39,336 nt of DNA from Polymyxa betae A26-41 (taxonomy: Eukaryota; Protista; Endomyxa: Phytomyxea). The translations under genes and the position numbers were made by a program. Location of the stretch: the NCBI GenBank assembly GCA_003693705.1, contig RBZT01000349.1, positions 1-39,336 on the forward strand, written 5' to 3'. This document shows positions 21,770 through 33,555 of this stretch, piece by piece. Under the pieces are notes generated by a model. That model ran no database searches and had not been told where the DNA came from. It saw only the letters and a program-made list of their open reading frames with translations. Every line of letters begins with the position of its first letter. Position 1 is the first letter of the stretch.

Positions 21770-22029
21770 GCTGCATGCACGCGGAGTCCGTCAATAGAAT
21801 GTTCTAACAGCGTGACGGACACACACCTACATCTATTTATAGTCTGCTGGTCACTGTCATCAAACAACTTGCCATGTCGTATTCAGCATACCTTCCACTT
21901 AACGCATGTCATGCATATCATGACGTGGTCATACCGACCCATGCCCGTATACTGCCTGTTAATATGTTCCAGACATGATTCATTGTGATATTGGATCGAC
22001 AATCTCGATATCAAATTATTGGTTTAATT

Positions 22030-22275
22030 ATGGGACGTCTCTATTTGGTTATGATTATGCTTATGGCTATGCAATTTAATTACGCTGCAGCTTAAGGTGC
22101 TGGACAAGGTCGTCATCAAGACCCTGTGATCGATGATGATCCTGATTTGGATCTTGGCTTTGATCCATCAGCTGGATGCCCAAACAACAATTATGGTCCA
22201 CATGCGCTTACTTTCGGTGATGGCATGAAATATGGCGACGATGTCTATTATACATGCTCGTATGGCTGCGGATAG
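22030..22275 (+). pseudogene. Small secreted protein gene with an internal TAA (22093-22095)
   Basis: One frame reads MGRLYLVMIMLMAMQFNYAAA*GAGQGRHQDPVIDDDPDLDLGFDPSAGCPNNNYGPHALTFGDGMKYGDDVYYTCSYGCG*. TATA-like tatttata ~21834 upstream and aataaa ~22329 downstream. Confidence 0.6.
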
Positions 22276-22657
22276 ACACCCAAAAATCCATGACGTTCCC
22301 AATCACCATCTTCTTACATCATTTTTCGAATAAATTGATTCACGTTTGACCTCTCTCTCATCACGAACCTAAGCTTTGTATCGCCTTCAGACTGTATCAT
22401 GGTATCATGGAAGTCAGATAGTCAATAGTATAGAGCATCGGAAAACAAAATAGAGGTTGCGGATAGCACGAATCGCTGCTAAAGAAATAACAAAGCCAGA
22501 ATATCGTTATTTGTTAATGACTGCATTAAATAAAGGCTATCTTGGTGGTTATTTACAGGCAATGGGGTCATTTGGGGTCATGGGGTAGCGCAACCTTCAT
22601 TGTTATGTTACAGATCTGTCTTGTTCTGAAGGGTTCTTCGAGTGCTTTATAAATCAA

Positions 22658-23886
22658 ATGTATTATAGACGTCGATATGTACAGAATGCTATTGATGAAC
22701 TTCAACAGGGGCAAGAGCATCGCTGCTCCTGGGATTGCCAGCATCGGTATGCAATCGAGGCCCGTCTCTTTCGAGCCGATTATACGATTAAGGGGCTGGC
22801 TCCTGATGATTCGGGACGGAACTTTATAGAGAGATCCAAACAGGTCGCTATAGAAGCGTTCAATTCACTTTTGTTTGCTCATTAGTTTGCAGGTTGGATC
22901 AGTTCGGGTTATTGCCGCCATAGCTATGAGAATTTTCCTCTCTGTTACTGATACGAATGCATTATGTGGAACAGGAGATATGCATATCTTCTCTACTGCT
23001 CAAGCTAAGCTGCTATTAAATATGACTGAGTAATATATTGTGCTGTTTTGCTGATGGTTTCATTGATCTCTTCGTTAAAGTGATCATGAGCCAAGCGGGA
23101 ATCTGCTAGATGTCGGCGCTGGTTTGTTACTTCTGCATTCAATGATGTATATATTGATGTATCAATAGGTGATGGAGGAATAACAGCTCAACTAGCACCT
23201 TTATTCTCAACCGTAACGACCACAGAGGCAAGATTTATCATTATGCTGATAACCTCAGCTGACATATAGATCAGGTTTCTGAGCGCATGGCTACACGTCT
23301 TGAACAACGAGGATTCAAATGTGTTGTGACAATGGATCCATCAACAGTCCCAGAAGCCACATGCATTGACCTGTTCGAATGTGTCTCCTGTTTAAATGTT
23401 CTGGACAGGTTTGCCTTTGACATATGAGGATATGTCTTCTGAGTTTCCATCACAGATGTAATTGTCCACTAGACCTGTTAGCATCACTTAGAGATCTGCT
23501 TGTTCCTGATACAGGCCGACTTCTCCTGGCTGTCGTACTACCCTTCAACCCGTATGTGAAATGATTAGTCATGTTGCTAGAAGTCATATTGAGTTTAGGG
23601 GCATTGAACAAGGGACGGAATGGTGTCGTCCTAAACAAAATGTGCCAGAAAACGTATATCATAAATCGTTTGAGATTGCAGCGAATGCATTGGCATTTGA
23701 GGTATTAGAGCCACTCGGGTTCCGAATCGAATCGATATCGAGACTGCCTTGTATTTCGGATCTTCCGTTCACGATATAGCGCTGATTGCCATTGTAGATA
23801 TGTCGTTCAGCGTCTCACTTTCACAAGATTACGCCATACTCGATAATGCCCTATTTGTGTGTCGACGAGGTCCTGATACATCATGA
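22658..23886 (+). CDS. METTL9: METTL9/DREV-like protein-histidine methyltransferase; multi-exon
   Basis: Spliced product SVTDTNALCGTGDMHIFS, LLDVGAGDGGIT, TTEVSERMATRLEQRGF, VSCLNVLDRCNCPLDLL, GRLLLAVVLPF, LEPLGFRIESISRLPY, YAILDNALFV. True start may lie upstream of 22658. Confidence 0.9.
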
Positions 23887-23980
23887 CGGTGTTCATTGAA
23901 AGTGTCTACATATCACGTTTATGAACGAAAAGCCCTGCTCAGGTCGGGAGTGTCGACAAAAGGTGAAGATGTCGATAGTT

Positions 23981-24815
23981 TTAACCCACATTTTTTCCCT
24001 GAAACTCCAAACTCCAAACTCCAAACTCTAAAACCCTAACCCCAAAACCCTATTGGTTATTTCCCATGCCAATATCTCAAAAAATAAAGAAATCCGCTCA
24101 TCCCATTCCATTGTTAAATAACCCCGAAATAATTTCTCTTTAAAACCACAAATCAGCGCGCCAGTAATAATGCCACAGCACCACCCGATGTGACTCGATG
24201 CTTTCATGAAGGTTCTCGCTAATCTCTTCACTGACACCGACTTTATTCACGACCACAATACCAATTAGCCGAATCTTGAAGCAGAACTCTGCCATCGCGA
24301 ACCCCAACGAGGTAATAAAAGAATGACGAGCAGATAGCTGTTGACAAATATTTCAAAAAGATTTAGATGGCAGATAGGAAAATATCAAAGAGGTATGAAT
24401 TGTCGTCATATTCCAATATGTACTTTAATGGCGTTTACAATATTGTAATACTGATTGTACATTTTATAGGCACGAAATCCAAAGACACATTAAATGCCTT
24501 TTCTTCATGTTTTATGGGATTTTTGTTTGGTGGCGGAACATGTTGATATTATAAAAATGTACTTTTTTGGAAACTTCAACTTTCTATCGTTGTTGTATTC
24601 CTTATAAATAATTGGCAGTGTGATTGATTCTGGATTTGTTGGGAATTGAACATTTTGAAAATGGGGAGATTTGATTATGGTTTGAAAGCGAAAATATATT
24701 CGGAGGGATGGGGAGGGGATTTTCAATTTGAAGTTTTTGGAATTTGGGGTTTTGTGAACTGCCAATGTCAATAGTTTGAAATTGGATTTTGACGGAGAGG
24801 GGTTTTCTGGGTTAA
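23981..24815. mobile_element. Putative non-autonomous piggyBac-like element (MITE), degenerate
   Basis: TTAA|CCCA at 23981-23988 and TGGG|TTAA at 24808-24815. Left subterminal region is C/A-rich and right is G/T-rich (inverted composition); AT-rich noncoding interior. Confidence 0.4.
24002..24052. repeat. (AAACTCC)3 followed by telomere-like CTAAAACCCTAA motifs
   Basis: aaactcc x3 then ctaaaaccctaaccccaaaacccta. Confidence 0.75.
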
Positions 24816-25232
24816 ATTGATCCACATCTGTATCGTTCTGTATCGGGTGTCATTATGGCAATGTTGCCTATCAACATCATATCTGTTAATACGATCCAAC
24901 AACCATCTAACGGATTTAGCACAGAGAGTTGCAGCAACTGAGGAAAATGATTATTAGAGCGACGAGGCGATATACACGAGCTGAACAAATTATACAGGAC
25001 TCTCTGCATTATGGAAATAATCCAAATCCAATTCTCTGATCTTTGAAATTCTCAACTGGAGCTCAGTTGCAACCTGGTCGAGGACAGTAGGGTTTTAGGG
25101 TTTTTAATGATCTGATGGAAAGGGCATCTCCCAATATAATAAACAGTGAGATCATCATCTATCAGAAAGCGGCTACCATATACAGATGATCTTCTTCTCA
25201 ACTTGATATAATACTCGACCAGATCTTATCAT

Positions 25233-27252
25233 ATGTCCAGAAATTTTATTGGAAGCAGAGCGATCAAACGGCCGTACTATCTCAGTGCCTATTTTGAACA
25301 AAATCTCGACAGGTGCAACATCTGTAAAAGTATGAGATGCATTAGCTGTGATAAATGTAATCATCTTCGTCGATTAATGCCATCTGGATGTTGTGTTGAT
25401 TGTCAGACGAGCACAGCTCATTCAAATCTGCTTTGCAGTTATTGCTCAATTAGCAGTCGCAGATGTGAAGTCTGCCGATCATATCAGGTTGGAGATATGC
25501 AACATTTAGATAGTGAACGATCAATGAATACAATCAGCATTGATCATGCTGATACAATGACCAGAATTGATCTATTACAGCTTCTATTTAACAAATTCAC
25601 AAAAATTGATTCGAAATTGATGTCGCTGAGTGAATTCCGCAAGTTCACAAGACATATCTGTACAAGCACAATTATTGCTGATTTGATCTTTATTAAGGTA
25701 ATAATATATGACAGTATCTCGAACATTTGTATGAAGATGTATTTAGGCACAACCAGCTCGAGGGAAATCCCTCAATTTCGATACATTTGTTACAGCTGTT
25801 GGAGCTCTTGCTGTTCGTGTTTATGATGAATCTCTTGAGGCCAGTTTAGATCAAATATTCCAACATCATCTTATACCTCTTGTACGAGATATTCATCAGA
25901 ACCAGACCAACATTCAACCAACAGACCAACAGCACCCGATTTCAGTCCTACAACGAAATCGCAGAATCATGAGAAAGATCTTCTTTGAGTCATGTGGCCC
26001 GAATCCCCATCTTGATCTCGATTCATTCTTAAAGTTCTGTCGCCGAACAGGGATTCTCCCCGATCTCATGACAGTTACCGAACTAAAGGCGCTCTTTCTG
26101 AGAAACGCCCAACAGGATCAGCAAGGCCTTGATCGGCGGCAGTTCGCGAACGTGATCTCGAGCATGGCCGGACACGATCATTTCCGTCTCCAGATTCTGC
26201 TGGTCAGAATCGCCTCTGTGTATTTTACAGGTACAGATCATCTGCATATTGAAAGAGAGGAGATAAGCAGTGATGAGAAGAAGGGAGATGTTGTTGTAGC
26301 CTGGCCTCGATCATGTCGTGAATGTGTTGAGAATGTATTTGATTATTATTATAGACGTGAAGATACAGGACGTCATGCTGATAGAATCATCTCATCATCA
26401 ACATTATGTAGATTCATCAGCGACTTTAATCAAGGTGCTCCAGATCCACTTCGTATTGATAAGAATGCGGCCATGCTGGCCCTGGCGAAACTGACGAAAC
26501 ACACGCGTCTGGCAGTGATGAATGTGGATCTGTTCGCTCTATTCGTTGAATGGCACGCGGCTGCCATTAACACCGCTACAAACATGTCGATGGCGGCGGC
26601 TCTCGATCAAATAACATCGTCCATGCAGATATCATGTCTGAATAAGATATCAATGAGACAAGCACATAATCCACTTCATGATCCAAACATATGTTCGACA
26701 TTGCTCAAATTCGAGAACCAGTTCCGTCACCTATTCAACGAGTTCGCCAGATCCCCAATTCGGCATCAGGCCGGTCTACGCCTGGGCCAGAACGACCTCG
26801 AGTGCATGTGCACCACATTACAGATCGTGCCTCGTCTACTTACATCACGTCAGGTCGCATGGATCTGTCGTGATATGAGAGCGTGTAGACCTGAGGGCAG
26901 CGATCATCCAATCGATCTGGATGAATTCATGGAGATTACAGCCAGGATCGCTATGACGGCTTTCTATAAAGGTTGGTTCGGGGGGAGGGGCCGGTATCAC
27001 CCCGCAACATAATGGTTTGTGATGATGATGATGATAATAGGCCGGGTTCTGGGTCGTGATTGTCAGACGTTATCTGGTGCTGAACGTCTCCTACTCCTAT
27101 TACATTATATTGATATGAGACGTGATAGAAAGTTCTTAAACAATACCAAATCTATGTTAATACCATATAGAGATGATCAGCAACTTCATCATAATAATAT
27201 TAGACATCTATTAATCGACAATCCAGATATCGTCTGTCAAACCACTTCTTGA
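25233..27252 (+). CDS. Hypothetical protein: Cys-rich N-terminus plus repeated EF-hand/TPPP(p25)-like helical domains
   Basis: Introns 25698-25746 and 26972-27040 join three ORFs in frame. CxxC array; repeats such as MSLSEFRKF..ADLIFIKAQPARGKSLNFDTFVTAVGALA, LDLDSFLKFCRRTGILPDL and IDLDEFMEITARIA. Confidence 0.7.
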
Positions 27253-27375
27253 ACAATAAAATTCGTAAAAAAATGTGAAAAATTGGGGAAGGAATTTAGT
27301 GCGCGGGTAGCGGAATTGACCTTGGTCTAATGATACATCTTGTATAGAATTCGTTACTACTGGCGCTATACGGTC

Positions 27376-29468
27376 ATGTTCACTGTGAATCGTTACACTC
27401 CTGGCGAGGCGATTCAATCGGAGCAACGACCTCATCATATCCGATTACGGACAGCAGCAACAAATCCGATTGTAACGGATTCACAGATCCAGGCGGCGAT
27501 ACAGCATGATGCAGAACTTAAGAAAGACCGTGTGAAGAAGGAGAGAAAGGAGAAGAAGAAGAAGAAAGACAAAGATGAATCTAAGAGCAAGAAATCAGAT
27601 AGAAAGGATGATGATGATGATCGAAAGGATATCATTTGTGACGAAATCGCGGAACATTCAAAATCGAAGAAAAAGTCGTCGAAGAAGAAGGAGAAGAAGT
27701 CGAAGAGCGATGATATGGAGATAGAGATGATTACAGCGGAAGTCGTCGACGATTCCAACCCTAAGACTATCAGTGATGACGATGTGATGATGGTTGATGC
27801 CGATCTTAGAAAGACTTCCACGAAGCGATTGCGACCAGATCATTGCACGGAAGTCGCCGAAACCAGTGCCGACCCGGAACCGGCGCCTAAATCGTCCTGG
27901 TTCCATTCAGATCGGGTCATTGTCATACCAGAGGCCGATCATGAGGCCAGTAGCGAGACCGTGCTGGCCCCGGCCCTGTTAGCGTGCCTTCGAGATCATT
28001 TCCGGATTGAACGTCTGTTTCCGATGCAGACGTTCCTGATATCGGCGATCCAGCGTGACCGCCGCCTTCGTATTGATTCATGTATTAGTAGTCCGACTGG
28101 ATCTGGGAAGACGCTCTGCTTCGCATTGCCGATCGTAGCGAATCTGGCGTCTCGGGTTGTACGACGTCTTCGTGCTCTGATCTTGGTCCCGACCCGAGAT
28201 CTTGCTATTCAATTACGTGAGGTGATAGGGAAGCTCGCTGATTGTGTTGGATTGAGGACAGGATTGGCTATTGGACAGAGATCATTCGAGTTTGAGCAGT
28301 CTGAGATCATGTCTGGATCTGGTGTTGATATATTAATAGCAACACCAGGTCGTCTAACAGATCATCTACAGTTCACTCCTTCATTCACATTACAATATCT
28401 CGAATATCTCGTCCTTGATGAGGTCGCTTGCTTATTGCTCATTTGTGCGCATTGAGTTGAATGGTGTCATACAGGCCGATCGATTGTTCGGGCAGAATTT
28501 CCAGTCGTGGGAGTTGTCATTCCAGCGCGCTCGGGCATCGTCCAGTACGACATTGCAGACGTTGCTGTTCTCGGCGACGATGTCGCTGAATCCGTTATCG
28601 CTGGCGAAGCTGGAGCTGCGTGCGCCTGTCTTCTATTGCAGGACAATTGAGAACGAGTTCGCTTGTGCGGCGTCATTGAAGCAGCAAATGTTGGTATGTC
28701 CAGAACTTACTGATAAGATCCCCTATCTAGTTTGGGTTCTACGTCAACACCGATGTAAAAAGATCATCTTCACCAACGCTCTGGAAGCGTCTCATAACCT
28801 GAAACGAACATTTGAGATCTTCGGTGAATTCGAAGTTGACGAGTTCCACAGTAATGCCATCAATCATTCGTGAATGCGTTTTGTTGATTTGTTAGGTGGT
28901 CTTCGACAGAAGCAACGTATGCGGATTCTGCAGACATTTAAGAGCAGTCAGGATCATACATTAATATGTTCGGATGTGATGGCTCGGGGTATTGATATTG
29001 AAGGCATTGAGCTGGTCGTCAATTATGACTGTCCAAAGTTAGCTATAGTCGTCATTCCGTCTCCTAACAGATTCTGAAATTTCATGCTTTTAGCTTTCTG
29101 AGGACGTATCTGCATCGCGTTGGGCGTACTGCCCGTGCGAATAGGGACGGTGTTGCTGTCACTTTAGTGCTCCCGCATGAGGTTGGTTCTGTGAAAGTTG
29201 AAAGATTCGAATGAATTTAACGACAGCTCAGGTGAGGCATTTCCGAGCTCAGCTTCGTCATGCAGAAAACAATCATCTGGAGAAGTTGTCAATTCCACGT
29301 GAGGAGAAACAATCGCTTCGTCAGGAGCTAGAACCATGCATTGAGACAGCGCAGCTGCTATTCGATGCAGAGCAACGCAATCGTTTCGACCGATCGCAGC
29401 CAGTTCGGTCTGACCCAAAACAGTCGATAGAGGAAGTTCGTGAACGGATCCAGAAATCGATCAGATAA
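27376..29468 (+). CDS. DDX51: DEAD-box RNA helicase DDX51/Dbp6
   Basis: MFTVNRY start, FPMQ, SPTGSGKTL, VRRLRALILVPTRDLA, ATPGRL, VLDE/ADRL across intron 28423-28474, FSAT, SDVMARGIDI, YLHRVGRTARA; four short introns. Confidence 0.93.
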
Positions 29469-29493
29469 TGTTTAATGAATGTATCTATAACAT

Positions 29494-32400
29494 TTAAGAC
29501 AATGGCGTGAATCGGATTTCAAAATCATCCGAGATGCGAACGTTCGGTTTACGGATGGTGACTTTATCCGGATTGAATTGCTGCTCAAACTCTACCGGCT
29601 CTAGTTTGCCGTCCTTGTATAAAACCGCTGATTTCATTGGCTTTGCCAGCCCGAGAATAACGATTCTTTCAACGGGGTTGGTGACTTCAAAGTTCGAAGA
29701 ATGAATTTTGAACGACTTGAACGTATTTCCACTGAACTGGAATCCAGCCATCGAATACGATCCTAACAAGGTTGCGTCAAATGACGTAAAAAATCTGTCG
29801 TGCTCGGAATGGACCTTTTCGGAATTCATGGGTAAGCCCATCGTCGACATAAAGAGTGCCTTCTGCACTTTGAATGGAGTCCAGAGCCACGAAGACCGAG
29901 TAGGGATCGAGATTCGTTTGGCATTCACTACTTCTTCTTGGACGCATCAATCGTGGGATGATTTTACCTCCGCGCTGGTAGACTGGGATCTGCAAACGCA
30001 ATCTTTCAATGAAATGATCGACGAGTCAAAACGAAACTCAGGTACCTTGTTCAAAGGCGCTGGAACAGACAAGGTCTGCCCTCCATGAATGGCGACAAAG
30101 GTGACAATATCATACCAGAACGTGTCGTGGTCGCCTGGGAAGGTCACCATGCATTCCCTGGTATTGGCAGTTGTGATTGGTCGTATTAAAAGAGCGCTTC
30201 CCAGCATGAATTGGTCCGAAGTGGCGAAGAATCTAATACAACATTTAAAGCCATCAAAGACAGAAATCAGTGGAATACTTCGGCTCATTGAATTCAACCC
30301 AAATCGGACGCATTACTGGCATACCAGTGATCGTGTTGTTGCGGAACTCTGTGTAAATATAAGGCAGGAAAGTGTACCTTAACAGCTGATTTAGGCATCA
30401 CATCTTAAGCACAAGGAGAAGATAAAAACCTGTCACGAAGAGATTGACGAATCATTTTGGTATTCTCTTCTCCAAAAAGCCAAGGTTCTCTTCGTCGGGT
30501 GTGAATGTGGGCGTGACCTCTGAAGAAAGGTTGAAAAGCGCCAGCTTGATACCAACGGACCATTAATTCTGGTTCGGGATCCTATAGAGTAATTCAATGG
30601 GTAGAAAGCCGTTAGGCGACAGTCAGCGTTACCTTGAAGAATCCACCAACATCAGCCCCAGAGAAGGAAATTCCAGCAAGTGATATAGACATCAGCATCG
30701 GCAAAGATGCTTCAAGATGACTCCAAGAGGCGTCATTATCACCAGTCCAAATCGCACCAAATCTCTACATAATCGCAATAATCACATTGATCTGAATACA
30801 GAGTTCTGTTTACTTGAGAACCAGCGAAAAAGGATCTGGAAAGCAAAAAAGGGCGGTTTGAAGTTCTTGGAAGCAGCGCACCGTTGTGATGGCGCGATTC
30901 GAGCCCTTGGAAAGATGCCATCTGGTTATAGAATCCGTACTGGTTATGAACATCCCGATGTTCAACACCATTGGCATGCAAACAATCCTATCCAAGGTGA
31001 GTTGAAGGCATCGAATATATTTTGAATATCACTTTTGGTAAAGTTCCTTCGGGGCCATTGAACACAGACGGCTCATTCATATCGTTCCAGGTAAACAAGT
31101 AACTAGTCGACCCTTTATATTGATCGAAACCGAATTGATCTTGCCAAAATTGACGGGCCTAGAATGAGCACAAAGATCAATGCCTATAAGAAGCCAAGTT
31201 AACTAAATCGAATCATACTTGTGGATTTGTAAAATCGATCCAGGAACTATCACCAGACCAGCACCATCCTTTATAACTGGATTCGCCTTTAGAATCAAGA
31301 ACAAAGTATTTTTTGGACTCAGCTTCGCTGTAGACCTGAAAAACGTTCAAGTCAAATGTATCCAAAACATAAGCAAAACTTACCCAGTAGTTGCTATCAT
31401 GTTTGATATGTGGATCCACAATCGTTACCATTCGACGGGTCCGGTTGTACAAATCCAATTGCATGGTGACAGGGCTTGGAAATTTAGCAGGATCAAAGGT
31501 GAAATATCTAAAGATAGGATAAGCTATAGGTAAAACAACTTGAATCTGTTAGCGACTTTTTATCCTGGGTGTGCTCGATATCCAGCCAGAGAACATCGTA
31601 AGGCATGCCATGCTGGTCAAAGCCTCTATCAACAGCAAACACGTCCGGCTCGTCTAAATAATTCCACCGGCATTGGTGATAGCCTAAACTAAATCTAAAA
31701 CAGAAATCAGAATAGCGATTATAGCTGAAGAATGAAAACCTTGGAGGTAAAGCTGGCAATCCAGTCAGAACAGCATATGAATGGAAAACTGATGCCGGCT
31801 TGGGACCCACGAACATGAATACATCGATAATGCCGCTCTCGCTAATCCATTTCGTCTGATCAATGCTGAAAAATGGAATCGAGCTAACAACAAGAAGACA
31901 TACAGATCTCCCAGCGTTGGGCGTGAAGATATCGACGAAGGTCTCCGCTGCATTGAGCCAAAGGATTCCATCAGAACCATCTAAATCAAGTTCTTAATTG
32001 ATATGAAGCAAAAAAGCACATTGTTTTACCTCGTCCATTGGCAATAACGAAAGGAACAGCACCATATAAAGCCATCGTATCATTGAGTACATATTCAAAT
32101 ACATCAAGCGCATATAAACGGAATGGATCGAATATTCTAAACTGAATTGACCCAGCAATCGGAATATCCAAAACTAATTAACCTTTCTCTTGCTTCGTTC
32201 AGTGTATCTGGTAAAGACAAGCTCGCAGCATGTTCAGGCAACCCATATAAATCGCTAGCCAACGGAAAGTTGATGTCCAATGAGAAAGCAGAGGGACCTT
32301 TCGGGCAGCTGTCGGTCTGTCCCCCAAATGTATCCCTCCAGTCTTTTGGATCGTCATATTGAGCGTTGGGATCCACTTCAGCTATACGACTACAAATTAA

Positions 32401-33113
32401 TTTAGCGGAACCGATTCTTGACTATTAAATTGCCTTCATTGGATGGCTTCAAAGTTAGCTTGCGATAGGTCTCAAATTGAAGCAAATCATCTGCATTCGC
32501 ATCAATTCTGATGATGCCATTGTACTGGACCTGCGACACCGTTAACAACAAGCATGGTCCCAAGAATGCGTACCTGAATTCGAAAAGGGCTCAATTTGAT
32601 ATATACCGTTAGAGCATCGTCAACAACTAAAACAACACGACTGCTGCCTTTTAAAATTCGGTTGACTGACACGGGCTGCATTCCTGAGCTAATTGTCAAT
32701 TGAAAGCGATAGAGAAAAGAAAATTCAGAATCACCATCAACTTGTGTGACATCCTTCACTCGGTGTCGCTTGTAAAGAGAAGTAGCTGGCTCGTCGATAG
32801 TAAAATGGACAACATTGTTTACCAAAGTCTAGCAATTACATCACGAAGCGAATACAAAGAAAGTAAAAAGAAACCAAACCTGAACCATGAGATCCAGGGT
32901 GGAATTTCCATTGCTAATTTGTGCTTGAAATCTTCCCTGCGCTAGATCGGTTTGGATGGTCTCTGCGTTCACTGACCAGAACTCAGCAGGCGATTCGTTG
33001 ATGCGGGTGCAGAATCGTGTCTGTGCGCAGGTTCGGAACTTGTTCCGATCAACCGCCTGCCCATGTTGTATGATTAATAGCAAGGTGACGACGCTGATCG
33101 CCAATGGGATCAT
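29494..33113 (-). CDS. GANAB: Glucosidase II alpha subunit (GH31); many introns
   Basis: Signal peptide plus [56 protein letters not shown], catalytic [54 protein letters not shown]. Confidence 0.96.
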
Positions 33114-33218
33114 TTCGGTTATGGAAGATGTCAATGAGATCGATGAGAGGAAGAGGGTCAGAGACTTGTCAGATCACGTTACAAGGGCTATTCTAACGAG
33201 GATACGTTACCCTCACGT

Positions 33219-33273
33219 GGCGCAGCCTTGATGTTAAAACGGGCGCAGCCTTTATGTTAAAACGGGCGCAGCC
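33219..33273. repeat. 23-nt tandem repeat (x2.4) in a divergent promoter
   Basis: ggcgcagccttgatgttaaaacg / ggcgcagcctttatgttaaaacg / ggcgcagcc. Confidence 0.85.
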
Positions 33274-33555
33274 CCCAGTGCCATTCCATGAATGTTACTT
33301 ACTCAATGCTCCACGATAATCCTATCCTGTTCACCGTTCTGTCAGAGATTACCTCATATCTCTTTTTCGAAGATGAGTTTCCATTGTCAAAGGCAATAAA
33401 TTGTTTAAGACCAAAATGAGGCATCTGAGGATTAATCTTGCAGAATGGTGTTGAGACTTGGGTCAATGAGAACAGATTTCAGGGTCAGTTTCGCCGAAGT
33501 TTTTCCGCGAATGATAGAATGATTCTGAAGGGCTGAAAGCTGTGCTTCCTTGGCG

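Noticed and set aside
22093-22095. TAA reassigned to Gln genome-wide
   Set aside because: HSP90, clathrin light chain, FBP1 and DDX51 all terminate at TAA, and long ORFs have no internal TAA.
24505-24825. 106-aa minus-strand ORF in the putative MITE
   Set aside because: K/N/P/F-rich product of compositional skew; no transposase motif.
33219-33273. CRISPR-like array
   Set aside because: Head-to-tail repeat without unique spacers, in a eukaryotic context with no cas genes.
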